Source of the DNA: Lobosporangium transversale
Taxonomy: Eukaryota
Length of the DNA stretch: 64,000 nucleotides
NCBI RefSeq assembly: GCF_002105155.1
Contig: NW_019028980.1
Span: 1,364,001 to 1,428,000, forward strand
Reading direction: 5' to 3'
The notes under the pieces are model-generated. The model worked only from the letters and a program-made list of their open reading frames with translations, was not told the origin of the DNA and made no database searches. Position 1 is the stretch's first letter; each line of letters starts with the position of its first letter. The translations under genes were made by a program, and so were the position numbers. Below are positions 27,529 to 39,378 of the stretch, piece after piece.

Positions 27529-28742
27529 TTGGGAGTCGGATCTCTTTCATTATCACTCTTCTTGATCATCCATTATCCATTAATCATTCAATCAGCAATT
27601 AGATACGAATCGATACCCTTTCCCTTCTCTCTCTCTAATAATTGTAAGCCTTGAGGGACATCTTTGTTTGTCCCTGACCTTCTTACACATGCACACTCTC
27701 ATACCCCATTCATGTAGACACATGCACATTTATACATAAACACTTCAGCATATCGACATTTGTGTCTCATGTCTGATGTCTGGTCATCTTACTTTCTTCT
27801 TTTGTTTGGGGTCTCTACTCCACCTCCTTCCTCCCTCTTTTCTTCCTCGCTACAAACAACTTAATGGTCCCCGAGGAGAGGAGAGGGTAAAGAAGTGTAT
27901 GGACAGACCATACCCTGGTCAATTGCATAGCGCCACATTGCTTTATCACAATTGCATTCCATCTTTACTACACTAAAATTACTGCTTCGCCAAAAGCATT
28001 AAGCATTTCAGTGTCTTCTCTCTTTCCCCTTCCCCCTTTTTTCCCTTTCTCTACCATGGTTGGTGCTCAGATTTCTCATTCACAACAGACTTATTACTGT
28101 CCCCATCATCCTCCTTTACCCCTGCTCCTCTGCCCTTTTTTGCATTTTTTATTTTTCCCTTTCACTCTTTGCCGCTCTTTTTTATTTCAAGTCTGTTTGT
28201 GTGTCATTCCCCCTTCTTTTCCTATGATAAAGTCACGAATTGAACTTGATTGGTGCTTGCTGGCTAATATATGGCTATTTCAATAACGTCGCTTGATCGT
28301 TGGTGGGTCATGTCTTATGATGGCTCTAGGTTTATCTAGCCAGAAGTTGATCTCACACCCCCCAAACAGGGTCCTTTCATCCTCTTCCACCTTCCACCTT
28401 CCACCTTCCACCTTCTACCCTGTCTCCTTTCTTCCTTCCCCCTATCTGCAGCTCATTATGTCAGAATAAAGATGGGATGTGTGTCCGTGTGCTTTCTCAA
28501 TGTCTCATGTTCCTGCTCTAAAGCCGTGTGAAACTCGTGTGATGCCTTCATCTTCTCTCTCACACATGTACACAAGCACATCTTTTGGTCGCAAAGCCCA
28601 TCTGTGGTTGCCAATATTCACATTCGCTCTCATGTGCCTTCATCCATCGTTGTCTTCATACACAACTTGTTCCGATCCCTGTGAACTCTCTATTAACCAA
28701 CTCCTCCTTCTTGATCCTCTTTATATACTTACAGTCCAAGAT

Positions 28743-31700
28743 ATGAAGCCCGTCTTCGCCTCTGCCACAGCGTCGGCAATCGAGCCTGCATCGCACTACG
28801 ATCATTATTATAATCACTCTGCATCATCATCTTCATCATCACCTTCTTCCTCTTCTTCTTCCTCGTACCCTCATCATCCTCACCACTCACAACATTCTCA
28901 CGAATACTCTCACCGCTCTCCTCCAACACACCCTAGTGGATCCTCACCATCACGCCAACCCCACCATCACCACCGACAGCGACACCACCAGTACGAACAG
29001 ACCCATGACCATCACCAATCTGCTCATCCCTCACACATGTCACAGCACTATCAGTCACCTCAACAGCGAGAATATCCTCGACCACAAACTCCACCTTCAC
29101 ATTATGACCACCACCACCACAATCACAACCACAGCCGTGGTCATAGCAACAGTGACTACAGCAATGAAGAACGCCGTGCTTACCAACCTTTTCCAGAGGC
29201 ATATCCACACCATCATTCTTCCTATCCTCAGCCTTCTGTTAGACATAGCGAAGGATATGAGGGCAGAGTACGCAACACTAACAGAGACCACAATGATCAT
29301 CTGTTGACGACCGATCACCACTCCAATACTCATGACCAGCAGCAATACCATGACCAGTACCGCCGCGATCCAACCTATGGTTATCTTAAGCACAATCCTC
29401 CTTCACCGCGTCTTTCCCCCCATTCTGAGCCTCGTCGGAGTTATGGCGATGACGTCAATAAACACCATTTGCCACCAATATTGGCACCTGAGGAACCCTT
29501 CTACCGTAAAGATCTTCCTGGTCGCCACATGCGTTATTTCCGCAATGTAACAAGCCAAGATCGTGAGGATAGAACCGGCTATTACTCCTCGGCACGTCAT
29601 GTGGCTCCCAGTAACACCACTGGTAACCATGGTGATGGACCATCCATTGGTGTCGCGCTTGATCGTTTTGAGGCCCGACAGGCACAACAACGTCAAATGC
29701 AGCAACAGCAACAGCCACAGTATGATGACCATCGTCTGCCTTCGCTTTACACCGCCTTGCCTGAACAACGACCTGCACATAATGCATCCCATTCCTACAG
29801 TCCCTCAGACACGACCTCGAATGGGCGCTCAAGCCCCTCGCATACTGACTCTTCTCATCATCGTGCACAGTACCAACAGCACTCCCCTATGCACTCACCT
29901 GCTGAAAAGCCTCTATCCTACAACAGATCTCACCAGTATTCACATCAACACCAACAAAATGGCCATGGCCATGGCCATGGTTATCAACACCAGCAACCTA
30001 TCCCTGCAAAGATCAAATCCACTCAGCCCCGTTCAATTGCTCCTGCCCCTGTCTCAATCTACAACTTTGACTCCCTGCAGCAACAACAACAACAACAACA
30101 ACAGCATCAGCCACAACAGCCTTCAATTTCACCCCGTGCTGCTTCCAAGAGGCCAGATCGTCAAGCCTATGTCAAGATTGAGCCCAAGGAGCAGCCACCA
30201 TACTATCATGCGCACATGTCTCAGCCCCAGCGAGCACCCACCCCCCCTGCTACGCAAGCCAAACGCAAGTGGGATCGTGAGCATTCTCCTGTTCGTCAGA
30301 GTGTCCGAAGCAACGTCCCCAAGGCCCAAGGCCCCGAGTCTGGTATGGAGCTCAACGATGGATCTTCTCAAGAGTTGCATTTGTTGTCACGTCGAAGCCA
30401 AATGACATCGCGACCAGTCCAAAAGATCGCCTCTGTTTCGGATGGCACTGCCTTTACCAAGAGGAATCATCCCAAGACGAAGATGCAGCGCTATCAGATG
30501 ACAACTATTCGTTGCTGGCATGGTGCCATCGCTCAAAAGTCGTATGGCATTGAGAAGCGTTACCTTTGCCCACCCCCCATGGTTCATGTCTCTGCGGGTG
30601 TGAATGCGAAACAGATCCGTGCAGAACAGCCCCATGTGACCATGTCGGTCATTCATGAGAAGGTCACTGGTCCTCAAGGCGAAAACCTGATGGAGCAAGA
30701 TTGCTCACTCGATGATAATCTCAAGTGCTCGTTCCGTAACCTTCATGTTACAGGTACTGGCTCAGACAGCTCAAAGCTATTCAAGCTGGGTCTGCAGGTT
30801 TACTTGAACAAACACTCAACCATGCCTACGGCCATCATGGACTCCAACCCGATCCCCATCATCTCCAAGCCCTCAAAGAAGACTGCCAAGGCTGGCAATG
30901 CTTCGTGCTTCATCCTGAACGGCATGAGTGTCTCATTGTTGAACCGTATCAATGCTCAGACAGTCCGCACAAAATACATGGCGGTCGATAACAATGCCAT
31001 CTGCGCCAAGATTGGTTCTTGGTCTTCATTCACGATCAAAATGGTCAAGCCCCCACCAGCTCCCTCAGTCAAGCCTGTTCCTGCTAGCATGGGTGTCTTC
31101 AGAGCCCCAACACATTCCACCAAGTTTGTGCCCATTCGCATGAAGGGTGATTCTTCAGGCCAGGCACCCATGGCTTCTCCATCTGGGGCCACCAACACGA
31201 TGAGATCTTTGTCCGCCCAGAGCCATGGCGACTCTTCTAACATGGCCATGTCCTCACCTGAGAACGCGTCATTCCAATTCCGTCACCCACAACAGCTGCA
31301 ACAGCAAGAGCCCGTCTATGTCTTCTCAAACTCGGAGCCTGTTTTGTATGGTTCAGAGATCGTGTTGATCAATGATTTGACAGGCATTATGACCGATCGT
31401 TTGATCATCCGCAAGGTGGAGAACGGCAAGGTCTCGCGCTCGGGCTCAGGTCCTGTGAGTCAGATGCAGAAGATTGTACTTGAGCATCCTGACCGCGTTC
31501 ATCATGAGGATGGCCGGGCCTATTACTTGAGTGCCTCCTCGATCGGCTCCCCCAAGATCGAGGGCAAGATCCCACTTCAGGCGGCCATGGACCGTAGCCC
31601 TTTGCTCGAGTATCGTACTTCGTCCAAGAAGGCCTCCATCATGGATATGACGGATGCCCAGGAGGATGAGGAGGATGAGATGATGAACGAGGATGAGGCA

Positions 31701-32789
31701 GAGTTTAACGGCCAGAACAACAGTATGCCTCGTCGTGTTGCCAGGAGCCAGGACAGTGTTGCCGTTGATGACTTTGTCTGCTGGACTATTGCCGGTATTG
31801 GTATGTATATATATATATATTATATTTGTATCATTTGTTTATTGAACCTTTTTTTATGATTCGTCTCTAGAGTTTCTGAACTAACACTCTTTTTTTCTTT
31901 TTAAATATTGCTAATTATTGTAGCTAAATTCGACTACACCTACTTTGGTCCTATCCCTGCATCTGTGGATACAGATGTGGATCCTTCCAAGGTCCCTACA
32001 GTCTTGTCTTGTCCTCGATACAACCCTCAGGCCAACACAATGACCATGCCGGTTAAGAATGTGTTTGAGAAGATCACAGCTGAGGAAGAGGCTCATCTTC
32101 AGAAACAGCAGGATGACCCATATGAGCGTCGATTGACATTATCCGAGTATGTGTACAAGCGTTGCGAGGACATTCGTCAGCCCATGAAAGATGAGGAAGG
32201 GCCAGTCCAGTTGTGGTTGGCACAACATGGTCCTATCCGCATGCGCCGCAGAGAGCTGAGGGATGTGATCGATGGGGAAGAACAGAATCGGCTTTATGCT
32301 GAAAATGGAGGGATCGATGCCTCTGCTGACGGTGGTGATGATGAAGAAGATGAGAGCGATATCAGCAGTGATAACGAGACTGGTGATGTTCGTAAAGAGG
32401 CAACCTCAGATTCTAGAACGATGGAGGATCAGCTGCCCAAGATCGCTACCAAGACATCTTCCAAGGACACAGCCCCTAATGGCTCACAACCATTGATCAA
32501 TGCTGCGAATGGACGTTACTATGGTGGTAGCCATCTGCCAGCCTCCATGGACCCAGCATTGAAGAACAAAAAGCCTCGAAAGATGGTGAGAGGACCAATG
32601 GGTCTTGAAGCTGAGCTCCCATATGCATGCGAGGTCCGTGCAGCACATGACAACCATGGCAATGCCAAGGCCGAGCTTGATATCCTCTTGGTAGAGCGGG
32701 CTAGCGGCATTGCGTACCGTACAGGATACAAGGTCGTATATACTCGTGAGCGCGAATGCGCCGAGTGGAATGTGGAGGTAGTGGGATAA
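28743..32789 (+). CDS. CSL (CBF1/Su(H)/LAG-1) transcription factor, fungal class F1 (Cbf11-like)
   Basis: Exons 28743-31800 and 31924-32789. Motifs HGAIAQKSYGIEKRYLCPPP, IISKPSKK, NRINAQTVRTKYM, VLYGSEIVL, VSQMQKI, WTIAGI. Long H/Q/S/P-rich N-terminus. Start inferred: an acceptor-like TTACAG ends at 28734, so a 5' intron or upstream exon is possible. Confidence 0.9.
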
Positions 32790-33029
32790 AGGAACCATTA
32801 CACATCCGTCTCTCTCTCTCTCTCTCTCTCTCTCCTTCTTTCTCCTTCTCATTTCCCTTAATGATTTTTGTAGATTACTGTTTTTTTTTTTGTAACAACA
32901 CTCTAATAGAAAAAAAAAAAAAAAAAAAAAAAAAAACTCCAGATAATAAATGAAATTGATTTTGTATCAGAATGAAGCGTAACATTTATTCACATTGATC
33001 AAAGTGGATTCTCAATAAGTATATACTTT

Positions 33030-33596
33030 TGTTCAAATTTGTTACAGCCACATGTAGACGAGCATTGGTCAACATGCTTACAGTGCACCCTCGGGTTTAC
33101 TGACTACCAGGACAACAAGGGCAAGATTGCATGCGACAAAGTTGTGGTCCAAGCTGAGTCAATGCAAAGGCTTGACATGAAGTTCTATGGAGAGAATGTC
33201 ATCTTGATCCTTGATGAGTTCAGTCCGCTCTGCGAATAAATGACCAGCATAATAATGGACGACATGCACGATGTAAACAATCAAGTTCTACGGGAGTTCA
33301 TCAAGGGTGTATCCAGGGTGGTTTGCCTTGATGATACCGACCTCACCAATGATATATGTAGCTTGTGAAAGGTCTGTGCAATAATGTACGAGACAGAAGA
33401 ATTGTTAAAGCTTAAAGTGTTAGACTTGTTGTGGGATGGCAAGCGTATCTGGATATCGAGCACACATTGCGCTGAAAATACTGAGGCATACATCAAACGC
33501 TCCAGGAAAAAAGGTTTCCATGGAATGTGCGTGACCAAGAATACGTCAGAAGCTGACAAGCGCGACATAATCAAGAGTATCCTGCCCGTGAGTTGA
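33030..33596 (+). pseudogene. Relic of a replication-origin-binding SF2 helicase (herpesvirus UL9 / NCLDV-like)
   Basis: Across frames it reads FVTATCRRALVNML / GFTDYQD / VVVQAESMQRL / ILILDEFSPLCE* / RVVCLDDTDL / GKRIWISST. Stops and frameshifts are present; no Walker A motif was seen. Confidence 0.75.
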
Positions 33597-34089
33597 TGAA
33601 AGCTAAATGGGCAAATTTGCCCGTTCTACGGTCCGAGGGAGGGGGGGGGGTAGTATGGTCGTCGTCCTTGCATCACATTGCTCCCCACTGTATTTTATCT
33701 GTATTTAAGTTTTGTCTTGTCTGTGGTTTTATTTTTTCTTCGTCAACTTCGTCAACTGGTTCTTTTTTAGATTTCTACAACAAAAAAAAAAAAAAAAAAA
33801 AAAGGCTTTCTTCTAAGGAAAGTCCATGGGTCGTGCCGCTTTCATTCCATCCAATGAAATCATGCCATCCTTGTACTTTTTCTCGAATTTTACTGGATCT
33901 ATATCATGGCCTATTGCAATTTTGTCCCATTCATCTCATTTATTTCCTTCCTTCCTCCACAAAAACGAATCCTGAACCTGACCTTCAAGTCCATCAAGTT
34001 CACCAGTATGTACAGTTTAATTACAAAACATAAAATAAATAAAATAAAATAAATTTGGCATGGCCTTCGACCACCTAATTTTACTATTG

Positions 34090-36729
34090 TCAGAAACAGC
34101 CTAGGAGCCTGATATAGGGAGACTGTAAGAGAAGCTTGTTGACAACCCTGAGCTGGACGCCGTTGAGGTTAAAGAGTTGCGATTTGGTGCTTTTGCCGAG
34201 AGGAAAAAACGCCACTCAGGATATGTGACGTGAAAAGGATACTCCAATCAAGTTTATCGGAGCTTTGTTCTCAAGGACAACAATAGGGAAGATAAGATGA
34301 TTGAATATATTTTCAAAAGACTTCACCACCTATACTAAGGACATCCTGGCGGTAGCAGTTGGGACGAAATATTGCCAATTTGACAACCCCACGGTGTTCT
34401 GCCATCTCCCTGCGCAGTCTACGTTTCGTCCGTCTCGAACAGAGCCTTGCACGAACAACGAGACGGCTCGGAGAGACCTAAGCGATCTACCATTAACGGT
34501 CATTAGGGTGACTTTGTCTCGTGGGATCGTGGCCTCTCGTCTTTGAATAGTTTTGACCGATCTTTGGCGGAGCAGTCTACACCTTCCGGCCTGAGTCCCG
34601 AGCCCCAAGGCTTTCCTAGACCTCAGACTTAGGACTTCTTGGTATAACTACATCTAAAATAGAATACGATGCCCCGACGACGATGCAATAGTACTCGCTG
34701 GAGGCATAGAAGGTCGCCCCAGAGAGTCCTGATGTCGCCACTAGCACTCTTTCAGTTAAGAAAAAGAAGCATGTCACTATAAGAGCAAAAGCCGAGCGGA
34801 AAGATCCGAAAAATATGAACAAGTTCGGCCTCGCCTGCGCCGTACGGTAGCAACATCCCATTGCGACCCTAAATATTAGGGCCCTTTTGGCTAATATGAA
34901 GGGGGCTTTGGAGGATGAAGAGTTGGTGAACGAGGCCTTAGCTTGGCTCCAACAAGCAGTTCGTACGACCGCAAGCATCAAAAGAGAGTGTCGTTTGCTT
35001 AGTGTCCAGTAGCGTCATTACTCTCAGTTGAAGTCAAGCGCACATGTACAGGGAAAGTAGCTGGGAAATTCACAAAAAGGTAATCTATCGAGACACATGT
35101 TCTTTTTTTTATTTCTATTTCTGTTTCTTGTTAATAAGGTTACCTAACGAATAGCCAATAGCTTAAACGTTTGAAGAACAAAGGGGCCTTTCCAGCGGAT
35201 TGTGACATCGACGTAAAGTCTGCTCTTCTTGTAATTGGAAGCTTTGTGAATTTGGACAAGCTGAATAAAAACAATCGAAAGATAGCTTCTCTACCAAAAA
35301 TGCAGTTGCCTTTTGTATCTTTTACGAAAGGTGAACTAATCAATATCTTCTGGAAGAACGAGAGACTGAAAATAGAGTTCAAGACTCGAATTGACAGTTC
35401 AGAACTATATAGCCTGAACGATATGCAGAACGCGTTCAGTAATTTGCAACCTATAGGATCCATCGTGACTACATTCATTTCGACTGATGGAAGACCGATC
35501 ACTGCCGGCAAGGGGGCCACGAGAGCTAAAAGACAAGATCAGAATGATGTCCCTAGATGATGTTCACCAATCATAGACATTCGCCGAGCTAACTTTGATC
35601 CTAAGGGATACCGCGGATCTGAGTATGTCTTAACAGGTTTTATTCGAACAGATGGGCTCCGCGTTCAATTGTCGGCCTACAAACTTAAGGGATTACAGTG
35701 TGTGTGTCTGGTACAAGAGGTTGCCTGAGAATAAATTGCCCAATCACTTAACTTCCGTCCTTAGTGGTGTCAATCGATATTTGACGGAGATTCGGAATGT
35801 CGTCAAGTCTAAGGATGATGTTATATACCAAGCTTTGATGTGAATCACTAGATGTCAAAATTCTACTGCTCGACCTTGGACAAGCTCGTGTTATTGGAGC
35901 CAGCGTACTACTTCCTGTAGTTGACAAAAGTAAGGATGACAAGGGAGACGACCAGTCTTCCACAACCTGTCAGTGAAGCAAAAGACAGTATACCAGCCTA
36001 TACTCAAGTTTCGACGTTGGCTAGAATATAGAAAGGACACCGCTCCTTCCACACAAAATCAATCCGCGATACTGGGGCTAGCCTACCAGCAGCCCGAGGA
36101 GATGGCTGCAATATCGATAGATACTATAAGGAGTTTAAGAAAGCAAAGGAGGCACTTTGCGAGTTCTACGATGGAGGCGAAAAATATGGTCAATGGGATG
36201 CTAAGAAAGCTCGTGACACGGAGTTTAAATCACCTACTGTCTGCTCAAATCAATCGGAACTATTAGAGAAAGGCGAGATGTTGCCAACGAGGTAGTTATT
36301 GGAGTAGGACTCGGTCAATTATCCCTTAGCATGAAGCTGTCTTCCCTCCATGGGACACTGCTTTTGTATGTCATGCAAAGGTAAACACTGTGTTGGCCCT
36401 TTTTAAATACATCAATACATTTAGATTAAATTGCACCAAACGGTTTTTTTTATAAAATGATACTGTAAAGGTTTGAAGTCTAGATTACATAGTCGTTGGT
36501 ATCAATGAATATTATACTTCCAAGCAAGGTCCAGTTTGGTCGGTCAAGTGGGGATGCACAGGTTATATTGCAGGACTTGCAAAACATACAAGCACCGCGA
36601 CGTCATGGGGGACACAACGTAGTCTGTGGCTACCTTCTCAACAAACAACGACCTCGATATCCCCCAGCTAGTGGGGGATATCTTGGATGGAATCGACCAC
36701 GTCCGCATGCAAGCGAGCTACCACTATGA
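34090..36729 (+). pseudogene. Degenerate Fanzor (eukaryotic TnpB-like RNA-guided nuclease) gene
   Basis: Across frames: IRTDG (35642-56); RuvC-I ILLLDLGQ (Asp 35872); VKQKTVYQP..KFRRWLE; EFYDG..WDAKKAR; VVIGVGLGQ..LSSLH; RuvC-II VVGINEYYTSK (Glu 36507); LYCRTC; RuvC-III HRDVM (Asp 36599); GHN. Many frameshifts and stops; the 5' limit is approximate. Confidence 0.8.
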
Positions 36730-36890
36730 CCGGACCTGTATATAATAAGCATTTACGTGTTGCACCTCTTTCTGCTGATGTAATTCAGCCAAGATTGTTT
36801 GTGCTGGACTCAATCGATTTGAGCTAAATTTGTACCCATCTACAACTGACCCCCTTTTAAAAGGGTCACGAACCCCAAGCCAACGACACT
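36730..36890 (+). ncRNA. Candidate omegaRNA scaffold / element right end
   Basis: Three consecutive stem-loops (36774-89, 36809-23, 36847-68) directly 3' of the Fanzor relic. The RNA call is positional inference only. Confidence 0.3.
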
Positions 36891-37022
36891 AAAATATACT
36901 TTTGCTGCCAGACCAACTCATTCACAAGTTCAATCTTCTCTTCCTTTTCATTTACCTGTCTTCATTTACTGGCTAATACTGATTGATTCGCTCATCAATT
37001 TTACCATAACTCAACCGCCAGC

Positions 37023-38308
37023 ATGCGTACTGCCTTCTTCTTATCTCTTTTATTGGCCTCAGTCTATGAAGTATCAGCTGTGGAGAAGACCAGCCCGTTC
37101 CTAGCTTGGTCACCACAAGAGTAATGTCACCCTTACCCATTAAAAAACCAACGACTTGACGAACGCAGAACGTATAATTTAGGCCACTGACAGGATATGG
37201 CAAATATTTTCGTATCGTAGGTTTACTGTTACCAAGGATTTGAATACCCAAGTCATCTCTGTTCAGGATCTTCAAAGAGGCGTGCATGACCTTGTTGATT
37301 GTTCCCACAAAGTGATTCTAGTCGTTGATGAGCCCGGGGTAAGGGCACAATGGAGAATGCAACAGGCATTGGCGCGAGCAGTACATGACATATAGGCCAA
37401 AGTGTAAGGCATCAGTATCTCACCATTCAACAATGTGTCTGCTGTTTTTATATATGGCTCAATTTGATAGCTTCATTCTTCTGATTTGGGACGAGGACGG
37501 GACAGGTTAAAGGTACCACAGAATATAGCATCACACGGGATAAGTAGAGATAATGGCGTATTACTCTTTTTTACAGAACGTATACATTACTGATTCTTTT
37601 TTTTTTTTTTTTTTTTTTTTTTTGTCTTTAGAACCAAGTTCAGGAGGCCCCAAGTTCAGTCCAGATTCCGTTCATTGATGGCGCAATGGATCTTGAAAAG
37701 CTTGCGGAGAGTCTATCGCAGAAATGTCAAACATCGTTTGTTAACGCCAATGAAGCTGATGGTACGATGATTTATCTAACAATACGCAATTTGTAATCAT
37801 TTTCGGGATCGCAACATCAGAGCATATCATTGAAAATATATACGTTGCCTACTATCAACAGATACCGTCAATACTCTCGAAGGCCCTTCCGTCATTTACA
37901 AGAGGCTTGACTCGGGTTCCGTGGTCGAAAATGGTATGTAGCAACAGTCCTGGTAAATTTTTACTTCAAGCTATGATATACTGATGTTTCATTCCAATGG
38001 TTGTAGATAAAAGCCTTGACAAGATCATCAGCCAAATTCGCAATAAATTTCAGGATAACTTTCTGGTTCTTTATTCGTCAAGCCAGACTAAAGAGTTCCC
38101 CATTAAGCACCGTTTGAGTGCGCGTCAGTTGCCAGGAGATCCAGCGTCCCAAAAACAGAGCGGTATCTTCCACAACTACACATTTTTTTCGCAAGGCATT
38201 TTCATGGGATTGCTGATCGTAGTAATCGTGATCCCCATTGTCTTCATTGGCGTCACATGGAACCTCAGCGTGCAACAGCCACAGCGCTTTGAGAAGAAGC
38301 AAAATTAG
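37023..38308 (+). CDS. V-ATPase assembly/accessory protein, Voa1/Big1/ATP6AP1(Ac45)-like
   Basis: Signal peptide MRTAFFLSLLLASVYEVSA followed by TSPFLAWS. Several short exons (not all resolved). C-terminal GIFHNYTFFSQGIFMGLLIV TM segment and RFEKKQN dilysine-type tail. Confidence 0.75.
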
Positions 38309-39127
38309 ATAAAGCGATGTGCCATCTACTCTTGTTCTCCTTTCTTTTTGTCATAACCTGTTTCTAGATCCTATTTGAGTGGACAGGCCTAGCTTCCCGT
38401 ATAGCACCGTACTGTTTCTACTTAAATATATATATCTAGACATCCATAGTCCTTTTATATTACTTTTAGGCATACAAATGAACTTTGATATATTTGCTAT
38501 TTATCAGAATGGGGTCTTTTGCCATTTGTCCGTTGGCTATTTGGAAAAAAGAAAATCCAAGCCACATTCTTTGAAATGAATGTGTTCATTTTGTCGTTGG
38601 CGACATGTCACTTACATTTTCCATCATAAAGCGCTTCCTTTCTTTCATTCAACCTCGTTATCCTACAACTACTTAACGTGGATCTGGTGTACATGCACTT
38701 TTAGGCACGTCATTAGAATAGGTTACTTAATTTTTTTTTATATCACTTTTGGACGCGTCCTTCTTTTGCGACAACCCATTTTACTTTATAAAAATATCGC
38801 TTCAGGAACATCCCCTCACCACCTTGACTTAAGGAAATCTCACCTGTTAATAATACCTACCAGGACAAAAGACATCCATCCTTCGCCTAACCTACCTACA
38901 GTGCTTTGCATACCACTCAGTTCAGTTCTCAGCTTGGTCACAGAGTTTTCGTCATCCGAACAATCTCTGCTGCTTACTTGAATTCGGAAAGGTCATTAAA
39001 AGAGACCCATTGTTTAGTCCTCGCTGCCAGTGCTCTGTAGTCTAAGACGAAATAACATCGGAACAGAGAGGAAGGAAGGGTTGATTCCAGAGCAACCGCT
39101 ATTCATTCCTGGAATTGACAATATACC

Positions 39128-39306
39128 ATGCAGACAAACCCTCTGAGTTCGGCTGATCAAGCCTACTCATATAACTTCCAGGCCATGCCACAGTTCCAGC
39201 AACAGCTTCCGATGCAGACGATGCCTCAACAGCAGCAGCAGCAAATATCAATGCCAGCACAAATGCAAATGCAAATGCAAATGCAAATGCAGATGCAGAT
39301 GCAGAT

Positions 39307-39378
<72 letters not shown>

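Noticed and set aside
17000..28470. Dozens of 60-130 aa ORFs rich in poly-F/poly-K
   Set aside because: They are translations of poly(T)/poly(A) tracts and microsatellites, with no domain signal or coherent splicing.
28479..28742. N-terminal extension of the 1126-aa CSL ORF
   Set aside because: It starts at a non-ATG codon, is pyrimidine-rich and ends in an acceptor-like TTACAG; more likely intron or UTR.
33651..36891. Possible terminal inverted repeat (TAGTATGGTCGTCGTCCTTG versus the reverse complement of CAAGCCAACGACACTA)
   Set aside because: Only a gapped, weak match and no target-site duplication identified; cannot be supported without other copies.
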